From Pedobacter sp. (lineage in GTDB: Bacteria; Bacteroidota; Bacteroidia; Sphingobacteriales; Sphingobacteriaceae), in NCBI GenBank assembly GCA_036388375.1, contig DASVRX010000188.1:1-49453 (forward strand): a stretch of DNA of 49,453 nt, in the 5' to 3' direction. Every line of letters begins with the position of its first letter. The first letter of the stretch is position 1. The translations under genes were made by a program, and so were the position numbers. Below the pieces are notes generated by a model. It did not search any database and had not been told where the DNA came from. It saw only the letters and a list, made by a program, of their open reading frames with translations. Below, in pieces: positions 1 through 9,821 of the stretch.

Positions 1-3000
1 ATTATATATAATGGGATAGTCTTCCTCAGCTTTTATTCTAGGAATGCCCTTCGATTTTACGCCATTGTGAGTGTTTATTAGCCAAAGCCCATCCCATTCA
101 AAAGAGAAACGTTTGATGTTTTTACCTAAAAGAATTGGTCGTATAATTTTATCAGCTTCTGGACATTTTTCTATTAATTCGTTACGCTTTTCACCGCTAA
201 TTATAAAAGCTTCGTTAAACCCTGTTTTAATACCGTAATTAATTTGAATATCCCAGTCTTTTAGAGGCTTGCCGATGTTTTCTATTTTGCTCTTGATTCG
301 GCTCTCAAGCGAACTTAACACTATCCAGCTCCCGTTTTGAAAAGTTGTTTTGGTTAGTCGCTGACTAAGATAATCGCTGGTATTATTTATACTAAAATCT
401 TTATCCAAAACACAAGCACTTGTAGCACCTTCATAAGCAGCCTTTTCTGCAATTAAAATATTTGTGTCTACAGTGGCAGTATCAAAAACTTGAATTCCCC
501 CAAAGTCTATCAGAATTAGCGGATTTGTTTGATTTACGAAGAATTTACGAAGGCTCTCCCCGTACGCAGCCCGCATCCATTTATTTGAGGTGATATAACT
601 CAAAAATCCCTTAGGTTTGAGCAGCTTGAATGCTAACTCATAAAACAGACTATAAATGTCACCCGTTTTATTGAAGGTGGTATAATTCATTTTCTCAAGG
701 TCGGCACTCGACTGACCCATTTTCTGCAGCTGGATATATGGTGGATTACCAATTATAACATCAAAACCTTTGTAGTTACCATTATTGTCGAGAACCTCTG
801 GAAATTCAAATCGCCACTCGAACGCGCTTTCAAACATTTTATTCGCACGAATTTCCTCAATTTCTTTTTCCAGCTTTGAAATTTCAAGTACTGTTGCTTT
901 AACATCTTTGCTCCACTGTGTTTCCTCTTTCTTCGTTTTTTCAAAAAGACCTGTTTGGGTTGTGAATTTAAGCAATTCTCCTTTGGCCTTTTCCAATTTA
1001 AGCTTCTTTGGATCCTTAGCAGATATCTCACTTCTGAAGTTACCCTTTATGGTATTAATCAGCCGTTCCATGTCCTGCTTCTGCTGTTTGCTTTCAGCCT
1101 CCCGATAAGTAGAAACCGCAATCTTATAGCTTTCCACATTCCATTTGCTTTCCTTTAATGCTTTTGTGAGATCAGCGTCTAAAGCGAACCTACTAATCAG
1201 GGAGTTACCACTTTTGATATTAATATCAATGTTTGGTAAGGTTTCTAATTCTTTAAAATCAGGTCCTTTATAATATGCATTTTTGAGCAATTCGATCCAC
1301 AAACGTAGTCGGCATATTTTGACAGAGTTCGAGTTAATATCAACACCAAAAAGACAATTTTCGATAATCGTTTGCTTCTCGATAAAAAGCGTTTCCTGCA
1401 CCCGCCTACTTTCGGGACTCAAAGGGTTGTATTGAAAGAAGCTTCCGTCGCGATCATCAAAAATCATCAATTCATCATTTTCAATAATGATCTGGTAATG
1501 CTTTAAAAGCCGACCGTCTTTGTCACATAAAATTTCCAGTTTACTTTTTATAGATATAATTTCGTTTAGCGCAGATACCAAAAAATGTCCCGAGCCAACA
1601 GCCGGATCACAGACCTTCAAACTATTTATAATTGCATTTGCTTCGGCTATTTCATACTTTTTGTTTTGTAAATCGACGAAAGTTTTGCAGTCCCACCCCT
1701 TTACCTCATTAAATTTCTGAACAACCGATTTGCGAATTGCCTCGCGACACATATACATTGTTATAAAGCCAGGAGTAAAAAAGGAACCGTCTTTATATCC
1801 ATTAATCTTTTCGAAGATGAGTCCCAGGACCGAAGCGTTAATCAACGTTTTATTATCTTCCTGTATTTCTTCAGACCCTTCACTGGCAAAATCATAAGCA
1901 TCTAGAAAACTAAAAAAATAATGAAGTGCGTTCATTTGCCCAATTACCTTCTTTCCGTTCACATCTTTAATGACAGTAGTTGGAAGCAGTGGAAGTGTTT
2001 TGTTATCCTCGAGCTGCGAAATGGGAAACATATTGTGCTCCAAATCAGTCATCTCAAATAAGGAACTGTTTAAATATGGAACCTTTTCAAACGCACGCTG
2101 AACATCCGGATTTCGTTCGTCACTTTTTTTAGCAAGTACTTGAAAGAACAATGTGTTTAAATTGTCATAGTCTCTGATTCGACCAGCATTTAGGAACGAA
2201 TATTCACTATTTCCTTTTTGGTATGAGATCAGCTGGCCTTCAAGTAACTTTAGAAAAAGTATCCTGTTAACCCATGTAATTGTTAGTTCAAGGGCAATTG
2301 CGAAAAGCCGCTCATCATAACTTTTCCCATACTGCGAAGGATTCTCTAACCTATTGAGCTTGTCCATACTGTCAAGCTGAATGATTGCATTTTCGAGTAT
2401 TGAACCAGACAACCGATGCCCCTCTTTGTTGCGCTTAATGAGCTTTTTACCTGCCTCCTTTGTTTCAGTCAATCCGATAATATGCAGCAGCTCGGTGTAA
2501 AAGTTTTTATCTAGGCTATTGCTATCGTTTGTGAAAGAAAGCTTTAATAGATGCTCGGGGGATAACAATTTATATAATGCTATTAATTGCTTATCATCCT
2601 CCTTATCCGAATTACGGATTATCTTGTCATAATTCTTAATATTGAAATGTGTATATTCTATGGTAGCTGGTAAGGAAGCAATGAATGGCTCCGCGATCTC
2701 TTTGTAGTATGCTCTTGTCGAACTATCAGCCGCTTTGTTCTCTTCACATTCTTTAAATCTTCGAACGAAATCCTTATCATGAGCAAACAATTTATCAAAT
2801 ACCTGCGCATCAAATATGAACCATTCGTAGACATTGGTAATGACAAGATACCTTATATCAAGATTTTTGTGCGTTATTCGCTCGCGCATGTAATAAAGAA
2901 CTAATTCATGCAATGCCTTCTTGTTAAGATTTCCTACCGTAATCATTTCCGCTGCATTTTTCGGACTTTTAGTTTCAATGATTACACCAACAGAACTTTT

Positions 3001-3252
3001 GCTGTCTTTTCCATTGTGGATTACCCAATCAGTTTTCCCTTTTGTATTTATATAATAAGAAGGATCGTAGTAGGTCTTCTTGAAGAAGTCCATCATAATG
3101 TTTTTATGATGTTCTTCTGATTCCAAATGATTTATATTATCAAGAACAGTAATCAGGTTTGTTTTGAACTTTTCAATAAACCCTCTGCTAGGTTTTATTT
3201 TAAGGAAAGCTTTATTGAGCGCTTTTCGCGGCTCCAGAAGAGTGGTGTTCAT
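1..3252 (-). CDS. Type IIG restriction-modification enzyme (fused REase + N6-adenine methyltransferase, Eco57I-like), 3' end beyond window
   Basis: Manual translation from ATG at 3252: MNTTLLEPRKALNKAFLKIKP...IIETKSP...LVITNVYEWFIFDA; SAM-binding motif I VCDPAVGSGHF (~1585-1615) and motif IV GFDVIIGNPPY (~736-768, frame checked against the ATG). Absent from the ORF track, presumably because no stop codon lies in the window. Confidence 0.9.
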   Translation of the reverse strand, partial: MNTTLLEPRKALNKAFLKIKPSRGFIEKFKTNLITVLDNINHLESEEHHKNIMMDFFKKTYYDPSYYINTKGKTDWVIHNGKDSKSSVGVIIETKSPKNAAEMITVGNLNKKALHELVLYYMRERITHKNLDIRYLVITNVYEWFIFDAQVFDKLFAHDKDFVRRFKECEENKAADSSTRAYYKEIAEPFIASLPATIEYTHFNIKNYDKIIRNSDKEDDKQLIALYKLLSPEHLLKLSFTNDSNSLDKNFYTELLHIIGLTETKEAGKKLIKRNKEGHRLSGSILENAIIQLDSMDKLNRLENPSQYGKSYDERLFAIALELTITWVNRILFLKLLEGQLISYQKGNSEYSFLNAGRIRDYDNLNTLFFQVLAKKSDERNPDVQRAFEKVPYLNSSLFEMTDLEHNMFPISQLEDNKTLPLLPTTVIKDVNGKKVIGQMNALHYFFSFLDAYDFASEGSEEIQEDNKTLINASVLGLIFEKINGYKDGSFFTPGFITMYMCREAIRKSVVQKFNEVKGWDCKTFVDLQNKKYEIAEANAIINSLKVCDPAVGSGHFLVSALNEIISIKSKLEILCDKDGRLLKHYQIIIENDELMIFDDRDGSFFQYNPLSPESRRVQETLFIEKQTIIENCLFGVDINSNSVKICRLRLWIELLKNAYYKGPDFKELETLPNIDINIKSGNSLISRFALDADLTKALKESKWNVESYKIAVSTYREAESKQQKQDMERLINTIKGNFRSEISAKDPKKLKLEKAKGELLKFTTQTGLFEKTKKEETQWSKDVKATVLEISKLEKEIEEIRANKMFESAFEWRFEFPEVLDNNGNYKGFDVIIGNPPYIQLQKMGQSSADLEKMNYTTFNKTGDIYSLFYELAFKLLKPKGFLSYITSNKWMRAAYGESLRKFFVNQTNPLILIDFGGIQVFDTATVDTNILIAEKAAYEGATSACVLDKDFSINNTSDYLSQRLTKTTFQNGSWIVLSSLESRIKSKIENIGKPLKDWDIQINYGIKTGFNEAFIISGEKRNELIEKCPEADKIIRPILLGKNIKRFSFEWDGLWLINTHNGVKSKGIPRIKAEEDYPIIYN

Positions 3253-3279
3253 GATGGATGGTGTGGTAGTCTTAAGCGT

Positions 3280-3287
3280 CAAACATA
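3280..3287 (-). promoter_or_regulatory. Possible Bacteroidetes -7 promoter box (TATGTTTG) for the RM gene
   Basis: Matches TAnnTTTG about 28 nt upstream of the ATG; no clean -33 TTTG found. Confidence 0.3.
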
Positions 3288-3371
3288 CGAAATATACTTG
3301 CATCATTGCAGCACTAAAACTAGGATAATATTTCAGATCAAATTCTAAAAAAACTTGATCTTTTTAGTCGT

Positions 3372-5735
3372 TTAACAGATGGGCCATTCACCATCGGTCG
3401 TTAAAAATTCCGAAATAAGCACTGATGCTCGTTCCGACAACTCGACATTGACGGAATTAGTCAATGGTACTAACGCTTGAAAGATTCTCCATAATAAAAA
3501 CCTGTTTTTATCACTTTTCGCGTCTTCGAATATTTGCTCAATATGTTGAGGAAGGCTAATAAAGCATGTTTGAATAGATTGGACAATAGTTTCAACAATG
3601 CCTTCACGGTGGCAGACTACTTCACCGCCCTCTATATCGTGTGTAGATATATTTTGTAAGTTTCTTATAGACTGTCCATCTACACGTAAAATAATGTGAG
3701 GTTGTGAACCAATCTTCCAAATTAAAAATCTATGCGAATTCAATGACCGTTCACTGATTTCGTCATTGCCTACTAGAAATATTCTTTTCGCTAGTTGCGA
3801 TAAAATTGGGTATGGAAGGTAGTTGCCGATACTCTTTACAGAGTCAGAATCATTAGAAGATGACGTGGGGTCCTCAATATTCCATTCGCTGTTCTCTAAA
3901 TCACCCGAGACCTTGACTGTCGTAGTAATTTTAATATGACCAACATCTTCAAAATATGCTAAGGCTGTCATTTCACCGTCTACTACTTGCACATCGGGCG
4001 GCATATCTAGAAGCTCCTTGGTCATGTTTAAAAATAAGTCAACATGCCCTTGTTCTATTAATTTAAGTAGAACTGCTGATCCAATTATGTCTGGACATGG
4101 AAATGATGTTAACAAGTCTATAAATTTACTAACTATGTCTTTGACAGATTTATTTTTAGACATAATCAATAAAATTTGAAGCAATGGGTCAATGGAATGA
4201 TATGCTACTAATTCTGGAACTTTGGGATAAATAACTGGTGTCCCGTTCGAAAGATACCTTATAACTACAAAGCCGCTTCTAATAATTTTCTTCGTTTCTT
4301 TCTTATACAAGGCCTCGTATGACTTTACAGTCACAGCCCCGGAGAGCAATGCCATCGTCGCTAACTCGGAGCTTTTCTTTCGTTGATAAAACTCTCTAAT
4401 AAAACATTTACTCAAATTTTTATAAAATATATGTAGTTGTCTAGGATAGGCAGGGTTGTTACAAATCAGCTCAAGCACTTCCTGATTTGGAACTGCATCA
4501 ATACTAATAGCACGATCAGTTTGCCGATCATGTTTGTTGGCGGCAAGTAAATGGCGAAGAATTCGAGGCTGTCGGTACTCTGTTGCCATGTGTCCACCTT
4601 GTGCTATAAAAACTTGATGGTTTGTGAGCATTATTTCCGATGCTTCCTCATATTCGGTCCTGTCGAGATCTTGCAAAGTTAAAATTGTACTCATTTCGCC
4701 AATAGTAGTTAAATAATTCCTGTCCCGAGCGGTCACTAACTTTTCCATATTGTATTCGTCTATAGTAAAAAGCACTTTATGATTTGACGTTTTAAACATT
4801 TGCATCAATTCTAAAATGTCTTCCATAACGGTAGCTGCAACAGTACTATTAAAGTTATCAACCAACAGGTAAAATTTAATATCGTCAGTAAGTGAATTGC
4901 TGAAGAACTCCCTGATTTTATCTTTACTAATAAAAATTTTTGAATTACTTGAAATGTCTGTCGCAAGTTGCTGCAATATCGAGACATTAAAGTCGTTACA
5001 ATCGATATAAAAAGTAAATCCTTTTGAGCTATCGATGGATTTGTAAAACTGATAAAGCAAATCTGTTTTCCCACTAAAAGCCGGTCCAACAACTCCTACA
5101 TGAGTGTTCTCATCGAAAAACACTTTCTCAATATTTTTTTGAATCTCTCGGTAGATTTGAAATTCGTCACAAATCACCTTATCGAACTGCTCTATACTCC
5201 CTGCCTTTTTTCGGAATCTTTCTCGGCTGTTACTATTTATTACATTTGAAAAAAAAGAGTAGTCTTTATTTAAAAGCGTCCGAACAGCTTCTTGAAAGTC
5301 GTTCAAAGCTATAGCAAAAGAATTGTCGATAATACTTTGCAGTAGATGCAGGTCAATTATATCGGTGTCAATCATTCCTTTCGTATAAGTATTATATACG
5401 ACGTTTTTATGACCATTTGAGAGAACTGTTAATGGAGGCATTGGGTCGATCAGTCGCGCGTACGAAAGACCTTGACTCAAATCTTTATCTGTCAACTCTA
5501 ACCCCTCTTTTTTTAGTTCCAAGAGTATCATGGGTTTTTCATCAATCGTTAGTAGAATATCAAAGATAGCTCTAGAAGGATATATAGATGGGTCTTTCAA
5601 ATCCACCGTAACCATGCGGTGGCCAAATTTTATTGAAAAGGATCGCTGATGTTTGATTCCTACCTCCGAAAAAGTTGGAAAAACCCCTTTTAAAACTTGT
5701 GACAGCGCACTTTCTAGTTCAGCTTCATTTAACAT
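3372..5735 (-). CDS. HsdR-N-like PD-(D/E)xK nuclease fused to a P-loop NTPase and a long helical C-terminus; candidate defence protein
   Basis: N-terminal IFDILL...ILLELKK...SQGLSYA...LSNG resembles the type I REase R-subunit N domain; Walker A GPAFSGKT; Walker B-like YLLVDNFN. Confidence 0.65.
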   Translation of the reverse strand: MLNEAELESALSQVLKGVFPTFSEVGIKHQRSFSIKFGHRMVTVDLKDPSIYPSRAIFDILLTIDEKPMILLELKKEGLELTDKDLSQGLSYARLIDPMPPLTVLSNGHKNVVYNTYTKGMIDTDIIDLHLLQSIIDNSFAIALNDFQEAVRTLLNKDYSFFSNVINSNSRERFRKKAGSIEQFDKVICDEFQIYREIQKNIEKVFFDENTHVGVVGPAFSGKTDLLYQFYKSIDSSKGFTFYIDCNDFNVSILQQLATDISSNSKIFISKDKIREFFSNSLTDDIKFYLLVDNFNSTVAATVMEDILELMQMFKTSNHKVLFTIDEYNMEKLVTARDRNYLTTIGEMSTILTLQDLDRTEYEEASEIMLTNHQVFIAQGGHMATEYRQPRILRHLLAANKHDRQTDRAISIDAVPNQEVLELICNNPAYPRQLHIFYKNLSKCFIREFYQRKKSSELATMALLSGAVTVKSYEALYKKETKKIIRSGFVVIRYLSNGTPVIYPKVPELVAYHSIDPLLQILLIMSKNKSVKDIVSKFIDLLTSFPCPDIIGSAVLLKLIEQGHVDLFLNMTKELLDMPPDVQVVDGEMTALAYFEDVGHIKITTTVKVSGDLENSEWNIEDPTSSSNDSDSVKSIGNYLPYPILSQLAKRIFLVGNDEISERSLNSHRFLIWKIGSQPHIILRVDGQSIRNLQNISTHDIEGGEVVCHREGIVETIVQSIQTCFISLPQHIEQIFEDAKSDKNRFLLWRIFQALVPLTNSVNVELSERASVLISEFLTTDGEWPIC

Positions 5736-6180
5736 GCGGAAAATTTATTGTAAATATACTGCTATCAGCGACCTGTAACTAATCTGAATTAAGAGCCAAA
5801 GATATTTAATCGACAAATCATTGCACTGAACACAATTGTCTATGCATTGTAATCAAATGTTTACGAATATTTCAACTATATTCATAATAAATAAATTTTA
5901 ATTATTTTGTTTAACATCAAAATTGTATAGTAATAACTATTATATTAGCATCCAAGGCAAATACCACTTCAGGCCTTGTTATTAGCATTCGTTTTTGATT
6001 GTCTGTAGTTCAGACTGTATTTACTGTACAAATACCATTGTACGGCATGTTCAAACACGATATAATATTATTACTAAATAGTGATTCGATACATCGTATT
6101 ATTTATCTAGAAAGTCAGAACAGAATCATCGATCCTAATAGTAATGTTATTTTGAAATTAAAACCTAAAATAATCAATAA

Positions 6181-9100
6181 ATGAAAAATGAAATTTCGAG
6201 CACTTTGTTCAGATTCGTCAGCCTCAGGAGCCCAGACCTGGTTCAGCCGAATACCCGCAATGACTCTTTTGTGTCTCTGCCAGCAAACTTACACACCGGA
6301 GTATTTTTTGACGCGGTCAACAATAGGCCTGTAGGAACTTCGAAAGCACAGGCCTTAATTACGGCTGCTAAAAACTTCACAGCGTTTAAGTCGGAGGCTG
6401 AAGTTCGAAGCCTGGGTCCTGCTCTGCATGACTTTGCGACTTGGATTGCCCGAAATCGCACTTCTTATACTGAGCAACAGCTTCAGGCCGAAGCTCTCGG
6501 TAAAACATACCTGTCAGATATTGCAAATGGGCCGCTGTCGCGCGTTTGGAATAATTTATATTACCAGATAATCACCAATGAATCGTTTTATGTGAAAGAG
6601 GCGCTGATGCAAATGCTTATCGCGGATCATTTACTGCGACTTTTGAAACAAGGTTCTGGGGCAGAGGAATATAACAAGAAACTGATGCTTGCTAGGGTGA
6701 TTATTCCCAAAACTCTTTTTGGAGATTACACATTAGTTCAAAATGCAAGTATTCCAGATCCAGCAAAGCTGCTTCCTATATTGCCGGACAACAAAATGAG
6801 CCAGGAACTTACTGTTACAAAAGCAGAGACTGCAATCAGTATGTATCGAGCTTTGAAAAGTGAATTGGAAAGACTGGAGAATCGATATTCTAAAGAAACT
6901 TACGCAGATTACAACAAAGAATATGCTGATTTTGAAAGAACTAATGCGGCAAATTTTCGAAAGTACGGCGACGAAATGGAGGATGCAAGAAAAGCATTTT
7001 GTGCACTTCCTCGCCCTGAAAGACCATATGACCCTAAAGATCCATGTGAACAACCTGATCTGGTGCACACTCCTGAAATTCCTGCCTTCGACTATACCTT
7101 TCCAAAGGAAATAGATGCCACAACGCTCCAAACAGACCTTTCAACACAGAGTTACATTGCCCTACTGGACGTCTTAGGGTATAAATTTGTGACACCGTCC
7201 ATTCCACAGCCTCAGCCAGCCCCAGACGAATTGATTAACCAGCACGATACTTATGAAAGTTTAATAAATGTTATAAATACTGAAATCAGTTTAAACGAAA
7301 CTGAAATAATTTCGAATACAGTTTTGACAACTCCCCAAGTAAGCATCGGCGGAATCGTAACTCCTGTCTTTGAATCCACCCCTATGCAAATTGACAATTT
7401 TGTCTTATGCGGTACACGTTCCGGTTTAACTGTAGTTTTTACGCTCAGGGTGGCACTGTCAGAATTGGTGCAGGTCCTTGATATTGTTGTAACACAAAAT
7501 AACAAAGACCAAACTATCCAAACTTATACCTTATTTTCACCTAATGCGGTTAGGACAGGGAACGTTGTGCAGTTAACCAGCTTTCTTTCTTATACATTCC
7601 CGACATTCCCGGCTGCAAATGGTCCTACATTCGACTTCAGCCTTCAGCTTACCAATGGCTCATCCAAAACCATTAGTGGGATCGACTCAATGACGCTTTT
7701 GAACCGTTGTACAAGCGGCACCTTACAACAATCAGGCCCGCCTCCGGTAGCTATCCCGGAACCGATTTTTATACCATCTGGCTTTGGCCTGAAGCAAGTT
7801 GGGGTTGCAGATTATCTTAAAGTGGAACAGTCCGTTCATTGCTATGTTGAGGGCGAAGTGTCGCATATAGAAAATGTAATGGCGCGCGAATACAAAGAAA
7901 AATCAACTAGGCGATTAGTTCGCCGTGAAGAGACTACGACAACCTCAAGTGAAACAGAGCGGGAACAACTTACTGATACGACAACTGCAAACAGGTTTGA
8001 GATGCAGAATGAGACCGATAAATAATTCAGCAAAGCAATGACCTTGCAGGACACGTAAATGCAAGATATACTGGTAAGAAGTTTGTTTTGGATGCGGGAT
8101 TATCTTTTGCAAGTAATACCTCACAGGAAGACAGCGTTCGTCAGGCCCAGACCGTGGCACAGGATATTACTGAAAGGGCTCTAGAGCGCGTTGTATCTAA
8201 AGTCAAGGAAGAGCGGGTAGTTACAATGATAGAAGAGTTTGAAGAGAACAACAAACATGGTTTTGACAACCGCCGGGGTGACAATCATGTTGTGGGCGTT
8301 TACAGATGGATTGATAAGTTGTACAAAAATCAGATTTATCGCTACGATAAAAGAATGATTTTCGAATTTATGATACCTGATCCCGCAAAACTTCACACAC
8401 TAGGAATGGAAGTAGTCGGGACAGATCTGACAGAACCACTAGATCCGCGCAGTGTAGCGGGAACTATGAAGATGGCGACCTACAGCTCGGTTACTGAATT
8501 GAGTGCGGCCTATTGGGCGGGTTACTATAACGTAGAGATAACGCCTGCTCTGGAAGATGAAATTTATATTTCAGATGCTTTTGCCGATAATGGTTTAGGT
8601 GGGAACTATATGACTACAAACTACCATGTTGGAGGGAAAAATTTCTCGATGGAAATCCCTGAAGGTTACAATGCTGTAAGTGTTGCCGGTAAATTTGCCT
8701 TTGGTTTTGTTCCAAAAGATTTTGAGTGGACAAGAGGTGTTGTCACAATCGGGGATTACGAGGTGGCAATCTTAGATGTGGCTACCCAAACGAAAATAAT
8801 TAACACGACATTTCCCGGTGCCGGAATCCAGAAGAAAATAGGAATAGGATTTTTTGGTATGGATGTAGGTGGAATCTCAATATCACTTAGAGTGAAATGC
8901 AAGCGTAATGCGGAATATTTCAGGCAATGGAAGCAGGAAACATTTAAATCAATTATGGATGCCTACGAAGAAGCTTTGGCAGAACATAAGCGACGAAAAG
9001 CCGAGCAAGATAGCCTAGCGACAGAAACTAAGCGCACAAATCCAGGCTTTTACCGCCAGATCGAGAATATTATTTTGAAAAAAAATTGTATTTCTTACCT

Positions 9101-9764
9101 CATCAACCGGAACAATTCTGCGACTTACACGTATGGAAAAGATTTAGGCAACAGTGGCATTTTGTTTGGAAGTTATGAAGTTAACCTCAATAGCACACTC
9201 GACAAATACGCGTCTTTTGTCAAATTTATAGAACAAGCGTTTGAGTGGAATATTATGTCATATAACTTTTATCCATTTTATTGGGGTCCTAAAAATTCGT
9301 GGACCAGTAAGTATCAAACAGAGGAAAGCAATGACCCTATATTTCGTGCCTTCCTGCAATCAGGTATGGCAAGGGTAATTGTTACAGTACGCCCTGGTTT
9401 TGAAGAAGCAGTTCAGCTGTATCTTACTACTGGAATTCTTTGGAATGGAGGTCAAGTACCTTTAATGGGTGATTCAATGTACGTTGATCTTATGCATGAG
9501 CTTGCACTTCCAAACGGTGACAAAATTGGAAAACCTTGGATTAGCCGCGTACCGACCGCACTCACGATTTTACAAGGCAGAAGTATCGGACTTGAGGTTA
9601 CGCAAGCACTCCCATGCAATTGCGACGACACCTCCGACTTTGAAAATCCTGAAGATGTTCCTTGCAGTGATAAATTTACATTGGAAGATTTTAAGATTGG
9701 CGGCAATGATGGCCCGGAGGAACCTGTGGAACCCGCAGCACCTGTAGAACCGATTCAGCCCTAG
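6181..9764 (+). pseudogene. Large conserved protein (paralog of 45247-49005) split by a 1-nt frameshift into ORFs 6181-8025 and 8088-9764
   Basis: Both halves align collinearly with the 1252-aa ORF (TLFRFVSxRxP, GFGLKQxGxADYxKVEQ, EGEVxHIENxMARE, HGFDNRxGDxHVVGVYRW, FIEQAFEW, AFxQSGMARVIVTVRPGFEEAV). One extra A at 8020-8022 restores a ~1194-aa frame. Confidence 0.85.
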
Positions 9765-9781
9765 TAACCTAAATCATTAAT

Positions 9782-9809
9782 TCCTATGTCGTGCTTGCGC
9801 GGCATAGGA
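9782..9809 (+). terminator. Stem-loop between large gene and toxin gene (attenuator or mRNA stabiliser)
   Basis: TCCTATGTCGTG-CTTG-CGCGGCATAGGA, 12-bp stem with G-U pairs; no long U tract. Confidence 0.55.
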
Positions 9810-9821
9810 TTATAATAATAT

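Noticed and set aside
753-3348. Seven short ORFs in the ORF track
   Set aside because: Antisense or off-frame shadows of the type IIG RM gene.
5999-6184. 61-aa ORF overlapping the start of large gene A
   Set aside because: TTG start, no motif, AT-rich divergent promoter region, and no counterpart upstream of paralog B.
8017-8025. Programmed -1 ribosomal frameshift site
   Set aside because: No X XXY YYZ slippery heptamer or evident downstream structure, and the paralog is uninterrupted.
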